Shown here in pieces: positions 31,001 to 40,339 of a stretch of 64,000 nucleotides of DNA; position 1 is the stretch's first letter; every line of letters starts with the position of its first letter. A program made the position numbers and the translations under genes. The stretch is taken from NCBI GenBank assembly GCA_003707115.1, contig PPNB01000005.1, positions 372,001 to 436,000 of the forward strand, given 5' to 3'. The notes beneath the pieces are model-generated. The model saw nothing but the letters and a program-made list of their open reading frames with translations, was not told the origin of the DNA and searched no databases. The DNA is from Tortispora ganteri (Eukaryota).

Positions 31001-32420
31001 CCTTCGGGCGGTAACAAATAGACATATCCTTATTTCGGAAGTATATGATATCTTTGACATGGTTCGCGACATGATGGTCACCAGTCATAGCAAGACGACG
31101 CGTGAGAGCTCTAGGACGTTATACTTCAAATTCCTACTGGAGTATCCCCACGGGAAGAAACGATTTGCTTCGCAATATTCTTTTCTGATTAAGAATCTTG
31201 AGTACCCTTATGAGTCGGGCCGTCTCGCTGTCTTGGAGGTGATCAATTCATTGCTAATAAGAGTCAAAGACGAGACGTTTGAAGAGTTTTTAGGTCCGCT
31301 GTATGGAGCGCTTGTACTCGTTATTGTAAACGATAGCAGCTTAATTTGCCGACAATTTGCAATTATGTGTCTTACTAAGCTAATTCAAAGAATGAGTTCT
31401 AGTAACTTAGCTGGTATAGTTAACACGGCTATTGGTTGGTTAAAACAGAGCGATAACTTGAAACTTGTCAGAGGAGGGTTAGATGTCATTTTAGTGTATC
31501 TGTCTTGCGCTACACCTAGCGAAAAAGATTTTTGGTTAGTGTGTCTGAAATCTTTGGAGGACGTCCTTTCTATAAAGGAAGAAAGTGCAGCTCAATGGGA
31601 AGTTCAGTTGAGTGCGATTGCACTTATAGACAAAATCATTGAAGTCGACACGGCAAAAGAGTATTTAGCGCAGTCTCAAGCCGCTTTGTGGGATAAATTA
31701 GAGCAGTTATTACTGCAAAGGAATGTCCTGGTGCAAATTGAGAGCTCGAAATTACTACAAAAAGTTTTAATGGCTGACAGTGACGAGAACAGTTATATCT
31801 CTCTAGAAGATGAACTGAAGTCAAGGTATGTTAGTGCTATTTTTGAGCAATTGAAATCCAGCAATTTATCACCCGACCTTGCTGAAGCATGCACACGAAA
31901 CATGCTGCTATTAGTGAACGGGTTTAATGGTCTAGCTGATGAAGCAGAAGGCTATGAGTCGTTTTTGAATGCATGTCGACGATGTACGAACGCCGAAAAA
32001 TCAAGACGCGGGATCAGTTTATTTGAATCGCGTAAAGCTATTTGTCGAATTGTGGCAGGATTTATTGAACTGAAGGACTCTGATACGGTTAATACTGAGT
32101 CAGTGGATATTGTCAGAGCGGTATTGCCGTTGACAAATGACGATACAGAAGAAGTTAACGAAGAGATTAAAGATCTAAGTGAAGAAGTATTGCAGAAATT
32201 GGCCAAAACTATTGGCGAAACTAATTATGCTCAAGCAATTGGTAAAGTACGCGAAGAAATGAAAGCGCGTCGAATTGAACGTAAACACAAACGATCAATT
32301 ATGGCAGTCTCTCATCCTGACAAAGCGGCATCCAAACGTCTAAAGAAAAATATGAAACAAAAGGTTGTTCGAAAAGAAAAGTCTCAAAAACATAAAATGA
32401 GACGACTTGGAATGATATAA
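25098..32420 (+). CDS. UTP20: SSU processome component Utp20
   Basis: 2440-aa HEAT protein with HRFLSFKDRI, HIQQHRKLRAIRR, LTRGYQVHILGYT and NLEYPYESGR. Confidence 0.93.
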   Translation: MAKKSKDQTRKLHRFLSFKDRIDKISVTAVRRSAAPKDTDISYFVDAYHKWVELTLATDFVLFSRQIRSYSQSLPLILYHKDTIFNKIEEYIGHEDVNSLEALLDLLTQFCRDLGPDFEPYFTRSFKLLAHLAHNSDSNVVNYTFTAMAFIFKYLSKLLVPDIVPTYDLVAPLLGKERQRPYISKFAAEAFSYLLRRVPETDLPRIVEHIVSDVREAETPEYTSGCAAVFIESLKNVKMTLHSRTPLILRNLLQSQTKYLPLLSKVIIQTLHHVNNQTSEPLESTVLEYLKTANDLESSDDLETSSCLLFCLLGTRKGSRVTQWDDVSLVLKSLTSKTDPSPENTQLLLCCVSAYLQGCPLSFVLKHAQTIIASFISNCGYLPFLQLVSFLTSARKDIISGVCIKPLVSLLKTDGILPALYTLTEISDAFRDNSLDESVSNIPSSLQISVFEQLEDHSQAVAAITFVQLNCCTAEVSQYISKRLETIDVPVQIDLYTAFLLYCTTDPSWCKGHPQIVLDCIQYFSSSDIKYSDAAYLLVLLQFVENNKEWAPSDTEFHNLSLFLLKYLKFHSHEVRRKALECYMTLFKRKTTVPDTVTVCALIEEIPVTAENARSLSLQVKRLSNVALRGTDLEKDIFVSYCFGLLTVQFTPLWQDVYQALALNSKIDSLWSYSQDLLRSSNTECEPDQEYVEYPLKISHIVSPDCTNVEWICQKVQASFQALNLSSEDISKTMMLEFLHEDRTSKNTMEQGLDLLKHIPTLAEKHSSDIVPLFVDVFSATDLEAEDNEMPDRLSYSAQMKLLDLFGKFKNPKSLHLSDHVRRLLFNLLSRGDQSIQERAFKALLTWKDPALVRYSENILKLITETNFRDEATTFLLPAGEESVIQENYRSDVLDVVLPILYGRSLAKKSRVDNRHAVLTVLANTGMDAVEQFCDLATGFSNYKHFVNTSVSPYTFDLSIAKFESAADFRRAKGYCSMLNDIIEHFGYSLAPIGDKLLEPLLFFLVANESAVEDSNHLSKAMRRSALLCLYDFYSHVYGFEWTKWQPAIMRNIFEPRMDNFSTENLEVPSIIMKLFLLWASKPEYVEFLTYNKYLVPDRLIGCFENDNVKMPVVEYVVDFVNSLLSFALEDNNTAISLVSGIVQRYLQRLAVLISRCTSPQLLSKEIDSIVSLAELNLFADSEVAYELLTTLFATLDKPAFPLRAASRVSLYKAILKVTEKQLYFKPGGFDLVLAKQFHFSKDRDSRLLLSAILRSISVKNSAYSTAGMLVTDLNAYSSSRLDDPDFGTRLDAYARINESITEQLSALTWLYIVSNSLFFVQDPEELSLRTSAGLSIKRFLQMLAREDLSVEDNNISMSLIYTEILLPSVRYGLKEESEVLRSEWIRILADCVEILKDKSEMVDLQSLLFDGDMEANIFVNLLHIQQHRKLRAIRRIGSMAKKGLFSSSSISQYLLPIVEHYIPSSDQEGTELGEESIRVIGALCSQLTWKQYRAVFKRYAKSLSSSAKVFRVTTRLLTAATSALSLRNEPDPETIKPNLLETLPDQKELRKTILEDFCPKLHNAMHIKNADEESLHYRIPLVIPIVRLYLLLDYEDISVRLPGTLTSLCQKLRSREEEVRRNVRSTLTRVCKLLKKEHYPFVFRELKDALTRGYQVHILGYTVHYLLVELQGHFQVGDLDPSAPILMDVIMEEIFGAVAEEKEAEDYISRMKEINTQKSYDSARLLAMFVSIPQFAAIVTPISNFLLYEKLSSKTEKKLSELLRRISLGIAENDESNSKSTLQLCYELFQESVSSVSKPEMNSMPARDESHFIVHNNSRNNGIKEYPENKSILANLSFDILSSVLSRNKALFDLTSVRQFVPLLVKSFDNPRESVRASGMRLLSSIIDLSGGELDEWNVKIAMNCMTIIKETADTSDQLFHSALKLSSTLLNNSEKHGFDNEDIGYILNFIKDDLLEPDRQGAFFTFLRAVTNRHILISEVYDIFDMVRDMMVTSHSKTTRESSRTLYFKFLLEYPHGKKRFASQYSFLIKNLEYPYESGRLAVLEVINSLLIRVKDETFEEFLGPLYGALVLVIVNDSSLICRQFAIMCLTKLIQRMSSSNLAGIVNTAIGWLKQSDNLKLVRGGLDVILVYLSCATPSEKDFWLVCLKSLEDVLSIKEESAAQWEVQLSAIALIDKIIEVDTAKEYLAQSQAALWDKLEQLLLQRNVLVQIESSKLLQKVLMADSDENSYISLEDELKSRYVSAIFEQLKSSNLSPDLAEACTRNMLLLVNGFNGLADEAEGYESFLNACRRCTNAEKSRRGISLFESRKAICRIVAGFIELKDSDTVNTESVDIVRAVLPLTNDDTEEVNEEIKDLSEEVLQKLAKTIGETNYAQAIGKVREEMKARRIERKHKRSIMAVSHPDKAASKRLKKNMKQKVVRKEKSQKHKMRRLGMI

Positions 32421-32948
32421 AATATTTATATTTATTTATATCCATTTTAATAATATAGAAATAGATGTGCCTATTTAATTGCCGATCATTATAACTAACC
32501 AATAAGCATAACTAATTGTCAAATAAGGTTTTAGTTGGTCGATTTACGTATACGCGGCTATATTGTCATATACGTATGCACACAAACATAAACAGAAATA
32601 ACTAACTTACATTGCAAATATAATAAAAGGAAAAACTAGTTTCTGAAAACAGGTTGAATAACGTGTAGTGGATCAAGATGGTGGCTAAACTGCTATAAAA
32701 GCTTAACCGGGAATCGGAAAAAAGTTGACGTTCGGTAATTCGGCTATTAACCACTACAAGTATCATATTACGCTATTCTAACTTGCTGGATCACATTTCT
32801 GTAAATATTTAATCAAATTAATAAGAATTGCTTTGTGATCTTATTAAACACATATTTTGAGTTGATTTTAGAAGCGCTTAGACCTGGCTCTTAACACAAC
32901 ACTGCAATTCACAACTGATCACAATTATTGTAGCGGTTTTGATCATCT

Positions 32949-35657
32949 ATGTCACCAGTGTCTAGTGCTTCACCGAGCGATTCTACAGGTGGAAGCAGTG
33001 TAAGACGACGAGCTGCAAAAGCTTGCGTTGCCTGTCGTAAACGCAAAATTAAATGTGATGCATTGAAACATTACCCTTGTTCAAAATGCAACTCTCTTGG
33101 AACACCATGTACTTTAGTCGAAAGTAAGCGCGGAAGAAAGAAAGGAACAATCATAAAAAGGAAATCTAAGGTCGGTTCTGACGGTAAAAACAGTATTGAT
33201 ACATTAGCTGCAGTCGCTGCTACTATGTCACCCAGTCTACCTGCATCTCCAAATACGCCAGATTCTCATTCGGCCTCATCAACAAATCATGCAAACTCTC
33301 AGACTTCCATGCGGGAATTGGTCAATAATACATACTCACAAAGATCGCCCGTCTCAATGACGTATCAGCAAAACTTTTCGGAATCTAATAAATCCAAACA
33401 GCAGACCAACCCGTCAATAATCGAATCGCCACTACCTTCTTCTAGTGATTCCCTGCAACCAGTAGGATCCTCCTCCTCGCAGGACACAATGTTTACTCTT
33501 TCTCATGTTCTCAACACTATCGCTGAGCAAGAGCAAAAAGAAAATAATGATATGACACTCTCGAATGCATCACGCAGCGACTATTTAGCTACACTTCTAC
33601 GAATCATCAACAGCCTGTCCAATGAGAGTCTGCGAAATGCAGACCTAGACAGCAACCTCTACTACTCCGAATTCTCAGTTTACCATTTTTTCAGAAAAAG
33701 TCTTGAACAAAGGGCTAACAGTCTTGAAAAGGAAAGAAACGGCCAAAGTAACATAACTTCGCGCTTAAACTCCGAATTTAATGAAGGCTCTCCATTACCG
33801 GGCTCCTCACATCAACCGCAAGGGATCGTCGATACTGCAAATACTGGTCCGGCTATTGATACTGTCAGTCAGTCATTGCCTGCTGCAGATCTAATGTCTA
33901 ACTATACGATATCTAAGGATATTGACAGTTTAACTTTGCAGTACCTAAAACAAAAAGAAGTGTTTGTGGTTCCACCTCGGCGCATATGCGTTCAAATGTT
34001 GAAACTCTACTTCAGGTTTGTAGATCCATGTGTTCCTGTAATTCATCTCGGACAATTTACTCACGATCTTTGGAACGGAACTTTATCACCTTTGCTTCTA
34101 CATTCCATGCTCTACATCTCTTCGTTCTTTGCCTCCAATGACATCCTAGAGGCGCTAAACTACAAATCCCGTTCTGAAGCTGCAGAAGCGTTTTTTGCTA
34201 ATGCGAAACTCATCGAGGCGCTCGACTTGGAAAAGTCCAAACTATGTCGTATTCAAGCTTATACAATCATGGCATTCAACCCTGGTGTAACTGGTGATGA
34301 TAAGAACTCCAGGTATTGGATAGGAAGAGCATTACGTCTTGCTCAGCATCTGGGTATGAATCGACGTAGTCAGCATCAAAAGCTTGACCCTGATAATAGA
34401 AAACTATGGCTGCGTATATGGTCTGTCCTCTATGCTCGAGATCGGTACATTTCCATTTCGACAGGTTCTAATATGGCTGTCAACGACAACAATGTGGATC
34501 TTACAGACACATTAGACGAATCTCATTTCATAGACAACAACCCAGAACCTATTCCTTTTGGATTCCCTACGCACCGAAGCGACTACAGCGTTATTTTCAG
34601 CTTGAACTACCTAAAAATGGGAAACATATGTGGAGCAATTGCCTTGTGCAACTATGCAGCACGAGCACACGGTACAGAGACTGAGCGCCGCAAATGTGCA
34701 CAGCTGCTAGAAGAGTACAATCGAAACTTACCAAATTGTTTGAGAGTGATTTCTAATGAAAAAAACAGTATTGACTTGGACGCTAGTATATTTCAAAGAT
34801 CTATTCAAATCGGGTATCTTCTTGGAGTTATTCTTCTTCATCGTCCAGGCTACGAGAACAACGAGCCTCAAAGTCGAGAGATTGTCGTTGATGCTGCTTA
34901 CAGTCTTATTAAGCATGTTGAATTTTTGACCAAATCTCATATTGCCGTGCACACTGCAATGATATTTCTATCGTCGTTGTTTTTGGCTGTCGTTGTTGCG
35001 CTAAATGAAGCGTTCAATAATCCTGAGGATCTTGCTGCACGACGTCAATTAATTATAGGGCTTGATATTCTTCGTGAGATGGCATCTGTATGGCATCAGG
35101 CCGGTATGCTCTATACGATGACACGTCTGGCAATTAAGAAATTGCAGTTAGTACCTGGATCCACATTCAAAGAGACAGTAATTGTACGAGATGCTGATGA
35201 AGTGAATGAATATACTGAGTCTGCGGGTTTAACGGACCGCGGCAACAACCACGAAAATCAGAACGGAGTTCAAGTAGGCCCGTCTTCTGGTACTATGAGC
35301 AACACTGCAGTTTCATCGAGAGCAGATTCTGAATCTTTCCAGCAGGATATTATACCGTCAGGCATTGCGCCATTACCGCTAAGGCTTCAATTGAGGAACG
35401 GGGAACAGTTTGGTCTATCTGGGGGAGTATTTAACGATACTCTTTTTAGTGGCGAGAATATGGACGATTTGACAGGGTTTGGTAAATTTGATATTGACTC
35501 GACAGATCTCGATAAGTTTATGGGCATTTCTGATACCATGGAGGGTCTATTCGACAAGGAAGGTCCATACTCGAGCTATGATATTCTTGGTAATACTCAA
35601 GCATGGGGATATTTACATAAATCGACGCTCAAGACTTTATTTGAGCCTGATTTTTGA
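32949..35657 (+). CDS. Zn(II)2Cys6 transcription factor with fungal-specific TF domain (Ctf1/Far-like)
   Basis: RRRAAKACVACRKRKIKCD..YPCSKC..CTL, and a middle-homology region ALRLAQHLGMNR..RIWSVLYARDR. Confidence 0.88.
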   Translation: MSPVSSASPSDSTGGSSVRRRAAKACVACRKRKIKCDALKHYPCSKCNSLGTPCTLVESKRGRKKGTIIKRKSKVGSDGKNSIDTLAAVAATMSPSLPASPNTPDSHSASSTNHANSQTSMRELVNNTYSQRSPVSMTYQQNFSESNKSKQQTNPSIIESPLPSSSDSLQPVGSSSSQDTMFTLSHVLNTIAEQEQKENNDMTLSNASRSDYLATLLRIINSLSNESLRNADLDSNLYYSEFSVYHFFRKSLEQRANSLEKERNGQSNITSRLNSEFNEGSPLPGSSHQPQGIVDTANTGPAIDTVSQSLPAADLMSNYTISKDIDSLTLQYLKQKEVFVVPPRRICVQMLKLYFRFVDPCVPVIHLGQFTHDLWNGTLSPLLLHSMLYISSFFASNDILEALNYKSRSEAAEAFFANAKLIEALDLEKSKLCRIQAYTIMAFNPGVTGDDKNSRYWIGRALRLAQHLGMNRRSQHQKLDPDNRKLWLRIWSVLYARDRYISISTGSNMAVNDNNVDLTDTLDESHFIDNNPEPIPFGFPTHRSDYSVIFSLNYLKMGNICGAIALCNYAARAHGTETERRKCAQLLEEYNRNLPNCLRVISNEKNSIDLDASIFQRSIQIGYLLGVILLHRPGYENNEPQSREIVVDAAYSLIKHVEFLTKSHIAVHTAMIFLSSLFLAVVVALNEAFNNPEDLAARRQLIIGLDILREMASVWHQAGMLYTMTRLAIKKLQLVPGSTFKETVIVRDADEVNEYTESAGLTDRGNNHENQNGVQVGPSSGTMSNTAVSSRADSESFQQDIIPSGIAPLPLRLQLRNGEQFGLSGGVFNDTLFSGENMDDLTGFGKFDIDSTDLDKFMGISDTMEGLFDKEGPYSSYDILGNTQAWGYLHKSTLKTLFEPDF

Positions 35658-35835
35658 AGCAATTTTGTGACGAAAGTACTTATTAGGCCTAGTGAGCGGC
35701 TAAAAATTTAAGTTTAGAGGAAGAATGGCCTTTTGGGGGGATACACTTCCCCGGTGTACGTCACTAAAGACCCTTAGATTATATTGTTTTATTACTGGCC
35801 AAACACTATTAATATTTAAATATTATTATATCATA

Positions 35836-37347
35836 ATGGTTCATCTTGGCCCAAAACGTCCGCCTAGTAGAAAAGTAAGTAAAATTTTCCTATAGTGTCT
35901 TTGATATACTAACAATATACAGGGATCTATGGCTGATGTGCCACGAAACTTGCTTGAACAGATCAAAGCTTTTGAGGAACTTTTCACTGTCGATACGGCT
36001 AAACTGAATGAAATTGTTGATCATTTTGTATCTGAGCTGAAAAAGGGTCTTACGAAAGAAGGTGGATCCATTCCAATGATCCCTACATTTGTTATGGACT
36101 GGCCTACAGGCAAAGAGAAAGGTGCGTATTTAGCGCTCGATATGGGAGGCACTAATATGCGTGTTTGCGAAATTATACTTGACGGTGATAGAAGTTTTGA
36201 TACTATTCAATCTAAATATCACATGCCCCCTGAACTCAAGGTTGGAGACTCAGACGCCATGTGGGATTATGTAGCTGAATGTTTAGAAGCTTTTATTGCC
36301 TCTTACCATGGGTCAATTGAAGAAGTTGAAAAACTCCATCTAGGTTTTACATTCTCATACCCATGCACTCAGTATGCCATTAATCATGGTATTCTGCAAC
36401 GCTGGACAAAAGGCTTCGATATCGCTGGCGTAGAGGGCAAAGATGTAGTCCCGATGTTGGCTAAAGCATTCGAAAGACGCAATTTACCTATCACAGTAAC
36501 TGCACTTATCAATGATACTACGGGCACGCTAGTTGCTTCAAACTACACAGATCCCTCATTTAAGATGGGCGTCATCTTTGGTACAGGTTGCAATGCCGCT
36601 TACTACGACACACTCGGCAATATTCCTAAACTTGAAGGTAAATTAAGTCTGCCACCAGATACACCAATGGCTATCAATACCGAATGGGGTGCTTTTGACA
36701 ACGAGAATGTTGTTCTACCGCGCACTAAATACGATGTACAGGTCGACAAGGAATCTCCTCGTCCAGGACAACAATGTTTTGAGAAACTAATTGCTGGCTT
36801 ATATTTAGCTGAGATATTCCGTCTTTGTGTGCTCGACATGCATGATTCTGGCTTAATACTTGAAAATCTCGATGTAACGGCCTTCAGAAAGCCTTACTGC
36901 ATTGATGCATCGTTTTTGGCTATGATAGAAATGGATCCATTTGAGAACTTATCTGAAACAGAAGAGCTATTTCTCACTAAATTTGGTCTCAAAACAACTG
37001 AACCTGAGCGTAAATTATTCCGCAGATTAGCGGAACTTATTGGAACGAGGTCTGCTCGTCTATCTGCATGTGGTGTTGCTGCTATCGCTAAGAAGACCGG
37101 TATGACTGAGTTCAATGCTGGCGCTGACGGCTCTGTGTATAACAAGTATCCTTTTTTCCGTGAACGTGGTGCTGAAGCTCTTTCTGAAATATTCGGCTGG
37201 CCTAGCAAAGAACAGAAAGATCATCCTATCAAAATTCTTCCTGCAGAAGACGGTTCTGGTGTTGGTGCTGCATTGATTGCTGCATTGACGCTCAATCGTA
37301 TTGGAAGAGGTGAGAAAGTCGGTTTCGATGTTATTCCTACTGACTAA
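35836..37347 (+). CDS. HXK2: Hexokinase; exon 1 35836-35874, intron 35875-35922, exon 2 35923-37347
   Basis: Splicing gives MVHLGPKRPPSRKGSMADVP, matching the yeast hexokinase N-terminus. Other motifs: LALDMGGTN, LGFTFSYP, INDTTGT, EDGSGVGAA. Confidence 0.93.
35875..35922 (+). other. 48-nt spliceosomal intron in hexokinase
   Basis: GTAAGT donor, TACTAAC at 35907-35913, CAG acceptor; phase 0. Confidence 0.93.
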
Positions 37348-37348
37348 T

Positions 37349-37446
37349 AAATATCTTTATCCAAATATCTTATCCAAATATCTTATCCAAATATCTTATC
37401 CAAATATCTTATCCAAATATCTTATCCAAATATCTTATCCAAATAT
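37349..37446. repeat. 13-bp tandem repeat (AAATATCTTATCC): 6 perfect copies plus degenerate/partial flanking copies
   Basis: Perfect units span 37363-37440. A variant unit with one extra T is at 37349-37362, and a partial AAATAT is at 37441-37446. Confidence 0.95.
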
Positions 37447-37519
37447 TAACATCTAAATATACATTCATGTCATAATTGTTACACCTATACCAATACTGGA
37501 TATAGTATCTAATCATTAA

Positions 37520-39004
37520 TCATTGCGCATAGTGGTTAAGTCGCCATAATCTCATTTTGCCCACATCATTAGCAGTAACTAAAATATGCGACTGTGCACT
37601 TAATGCCACAGCAGTAACGCGGCCTAGCGGCGTGCCGCTCGTCGGCCAGTTGCGGTACGCCGTGCCTGTAGCAATATGGCCAACTCGTAGTGAATCTTTC
37701 TTGCCTTTGCTTGCATAGACGACCAGCTGTCCGTCAAACGATATTTCAAGTGATGAAATAGGAGTCACAATCTGGTTAAACGATGAGCATGGTTTGGGCG
37801 GGTTGTGCAAAAATGACTGTGCATTGTACACGTTCACTACTCCGCTCTGAGTGCCTATAGCAGTGATTTTGCCTTTACGAGCTATACACGTGCATCCAAA
37901 ATCAGTCCACTTCCTTACCACAGCTTTTGTAGTAATATCCCATTCATAAATATCACCTGCTTGACTGGCCACTGTAAGTGATCCATCGTCTCCCCAAGCA
38001 ATATCGGCAATAATTCCTTCGATCTTAACGGCTGTAGTCCATACACCGGCAGAATTAACAATATTAACCCAGCCCTGTGATCCTATAAGCGCAATTAAAC
38101 CAGACTTCGAAATAGCAAACCGTTCCATAGACCGCTGAGACTCTGCATGACCGTAGAAACGCGATATTTTCTGGACGTTGCCGGTTTCGAGGTTCCAAAT
38201 GTACATGTACCGTCTGCGACCTGCAGCATAGATGAACTTCCCAGATGGATCAAAAGCCGCTGTTTTTATAGGTGTTGGCAACTTGAGGCTCTTAAAATAA
38301 GCGCTAGACTTTGTAGTGATGTGGTACAGTCGGATAGTCTGGTCAAATCCAGCCGAGAGGAACAGCGACAAATTCGGATGGAAATCTAGCGTTTGAACAG
38401 CTGCATCATTCATAAACACAGGATCCTGCAGTCTTTCGATATCGATATTTTGTGGGTTTAAGAATTTGTTAGTAACTACTAGATCGACTGAAGAATTGAG
38501 TAGATCGGCTAGCGCAGTAGTAGTCGCTAAACCTGATTCTTCGTCAGTTGGTTCAATCATTTCATTTTCAATATCAAATGATGCCCATTTAGGTACCGGA
38601 TGTAGTTTTGTGAACTGGTTACGTAGTCGTGAAACGTATTGTTTACCGGTCAATGACTTCTCTGTGCCAAGTTTCTTAAGTCGATCTGCCGCTAGTGAAA
38701 CGTTTACGGTATCGTCATCACTATCAATCCATGCATCACTATCTTCTTCTGAAACATCTGATTCAGACTCAGAAAGAGAATCAATACTATTATCATCTAT
38801 CCCGTCGTCAAGGTAGAACCCAACTGATTCGGTATCATCTTCATATTGATTTTCTTCAGATGTATCAGAATCGTTCACATAATCTTCACCAAACACTGCC
38901 TTTTCAAGTTGATGTTCACGTAGTTTTTTATCCTCATCAATCATTTTATTAATAACACGTTCATGTCTACTTTGACGTAGAGCTGCACTGTGTTTTTTCA
39001 CCAT
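37520..39004 (-). CDS. UTP18: SSU processome WD40 protein Utp18
   Basis: LEKAVFG, AWIDSDD, LRNQFTKLHPVPKWA, AGRRRYMYIWNL, NWPTSGTPLGRV. ATG at 39004. Confidence 0.93.
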   Translation of the reverse strand: MVKKHSAALRQSRHERVINKMIDEDKKLREHQLEKAVFGEDYVNDSDTSEENQYEDDTESVGFYLDDGIDDNSIDSLSESESDVSEEDSDAWIDSDDDTVNVSLAADRLKKLGTEKSLTGKQYVSRLRNQFTKLHPVPKWASFDIENEMIEPTDEESGLATTTALADLLNSSVDLVVTNKFLNPQNIDIERLQDPVFMNDAAVQTLDFHPNLSLFLSAGFDQTIRLYHITTKSSAYFKSLKLPTPIKTAAFDPSGKFIYAAGRRRYMYIWNLETGNVQKISRFYGHAESQRSMERFAISKSGLIALIGSQGWVNIVNSAGVWTTAVKIEGIIADIAWGDDGSLTVASQAGDIYEWDITTKAVVRKWTDFGCTCIARKGKITAIGTQSGVVNVYNAQSFLHNPPKPCSSFNQIVTPISSLEISFDGQLVVYASKGKKDSLRVGHIATGTAYRNWPTSGTPLGRVTAVALSAQSHILVTANDVGKMRLWRLNHYAQ

Positions 39005-39081
39005 TAAGAAACAATATCGATTTCTTTTACTTACTACTCCAAAAATTTGACTTAGTGAATAACTTCCCCAAACCCTCAAAA

Positions 39082-40320
39082 ATGAGAATACTCGTATTAG
39101 GTGACCCTCGAGGCTCAAATATATCGTTAATAATAAAAAAATTTATTACTGAACATGGTCCATTTAATTGCTGTTTAGTGCTTGGAAATATTGATGAAGT
39201 TCTGGACTTACCTATACCTATCTATACGGAAGGTCGCCACTTAGTTGGCGATCTTTCTATAGGATTTGATACTAGTAATGTCGATATTCTTGTCACATCT
39301 AAATGGCCTAAAAATATAGAATTCAACTCTGCTATACCTTTAAATGCTTCACTTGATTGTTATGATGTTGATATAGAATCATATGGATATTTATACCATT
39401 TCACTACAGGTCCATTTTTTGAACGAGAGCCCTTTATTAACCCGCTTGGAAGACCTACGAGATTCATTAGCTTGTCATCAATAAACTCAGGAAATCGGTA
39501 CTACTACGCATTTGAAACTAATGGACCGCAACGAAATGACTGGCCGCAGAATCCTTGGTCGTTTATTCAAGATTCCTCATGCGGTAAACGGTTAATTGAC
39601 AGCAAACGAGATCAACCTATTCCAAAACGTCAACAACAACAACAACAACAACAACAACAAAGAACCTGCTTTCTTTGCCTGTCGAATCCTGATCTTGAAA
39701 AATATTTAATTGTTCATATTGGCAATTCATCATATATCACTTTAAGTAAAGGACCTCTCACTGTTGCTAAACATGAATGGAACTTACCTGTCTCTGGTCA
39801 TCTACTAGTCATACCAATTAATCATGACAGTGTACGTAACTTACTAAAAAATGTCCCTGAAACACATGAAATACGCTATAATTTGCAGCAAATTGCATCT
39901 TATTACCGTTTACTCTCTTTTCATGCCGTATGTGCACAACTTTCACACAACACTATTTCACATCCTTTTGTACACATACTTCCTGTACATTCAAGCATAA
40001 TCTCTGCTTTTGAAATAATCCAGTATTTCGAAAAATCCGCTAGAGATGCTGGATTTAATCCTGTCTCTAAAGCAAACTTTCCAGACCATTTTAATTGTTT
40101 CACATTGCAAGTATACGACTGCAAATCTGATAATGTCCACGAACTATTCTTTGCAGTCAACAGAAAATGGATTGATTTCCAGTTTTTCCGAATAAATATG
40201 GCCAATATATTAAATATCCAGGAACGAATTTCATGGTCCAAATGTGCAAATCAAACTATTGAAACTGAAGATGTCCAAAATTTCAGAAATCTCGTTCTCC
40301 CTAGAATCAATTTACAATAA
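39082..40320 (+). CDS. DRN1: CWF19-like protein 1 / Drn1 (pseudo-metallophosphoesterase + CwfJ domain)
   Basis: MRILVLGD, HGPFNC, FFEREPF..TRFISL, CFLCLSNP, GHLLVIPINH, DFQFFR. ATG at 39082. Confidence 0.8.
   Translation: MRILVLGDPRGSNISLIIKKFITEHGPFNCCLVLGNIDEVLDLPIPIYTEGRHLVGDLSIGFDTSNVDILVTSKWPKNIEFNSAIPLNASLDCYDVDIESYGYLYHFTTGPFFEREPFINPLGRPTRFISLSSINSGNRYYYAFETNGPQRNDWPQNPWSFIQDSSCGKRLIDSKRDQPIPKRQQQQQQQQQQRTCFLCLSNPDLEKYLIVHIGNSSYITLSKGPLTVAKHEWNLPVSGHLLVIPINHDSVRNLLKNVPETHEIRYNLQQIASYYRLLSFHAVCAQLSHNTISHPFVHILPVHSSIISAFEIIQYFEKSARDAGFNPVSKANFPDHFNCFTLQVYDCKSDNVHELFFAVNRKWIDFQFFRINMANILNIQERISWSKCANQTIETEDVQNFRNLVLPRINLQ
39631..39660 (+). repeat. (CAA)10 microsatellite encoding Q10 in Drn1
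   Basis: Pure CAA run immediately before RTCFLC. Confidence 0.95.
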
Positions 40321-40339
40321 TGATCAGGAAATTTAACCG

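Noticed and set aside
37349..37446. Tandem repeat as a CRISPR array or telomere
   Set aside because: It has no spacers and the host is a eukaryote. It is internal and lacks G-runs.
37520..39118. Apparent 5' overlap of the UTP18 and DRN1 ORFs in the track
   Set aside because: This is an artefact of non-ATG starts. The first ATGs (39004 and 39082) do not overlap.
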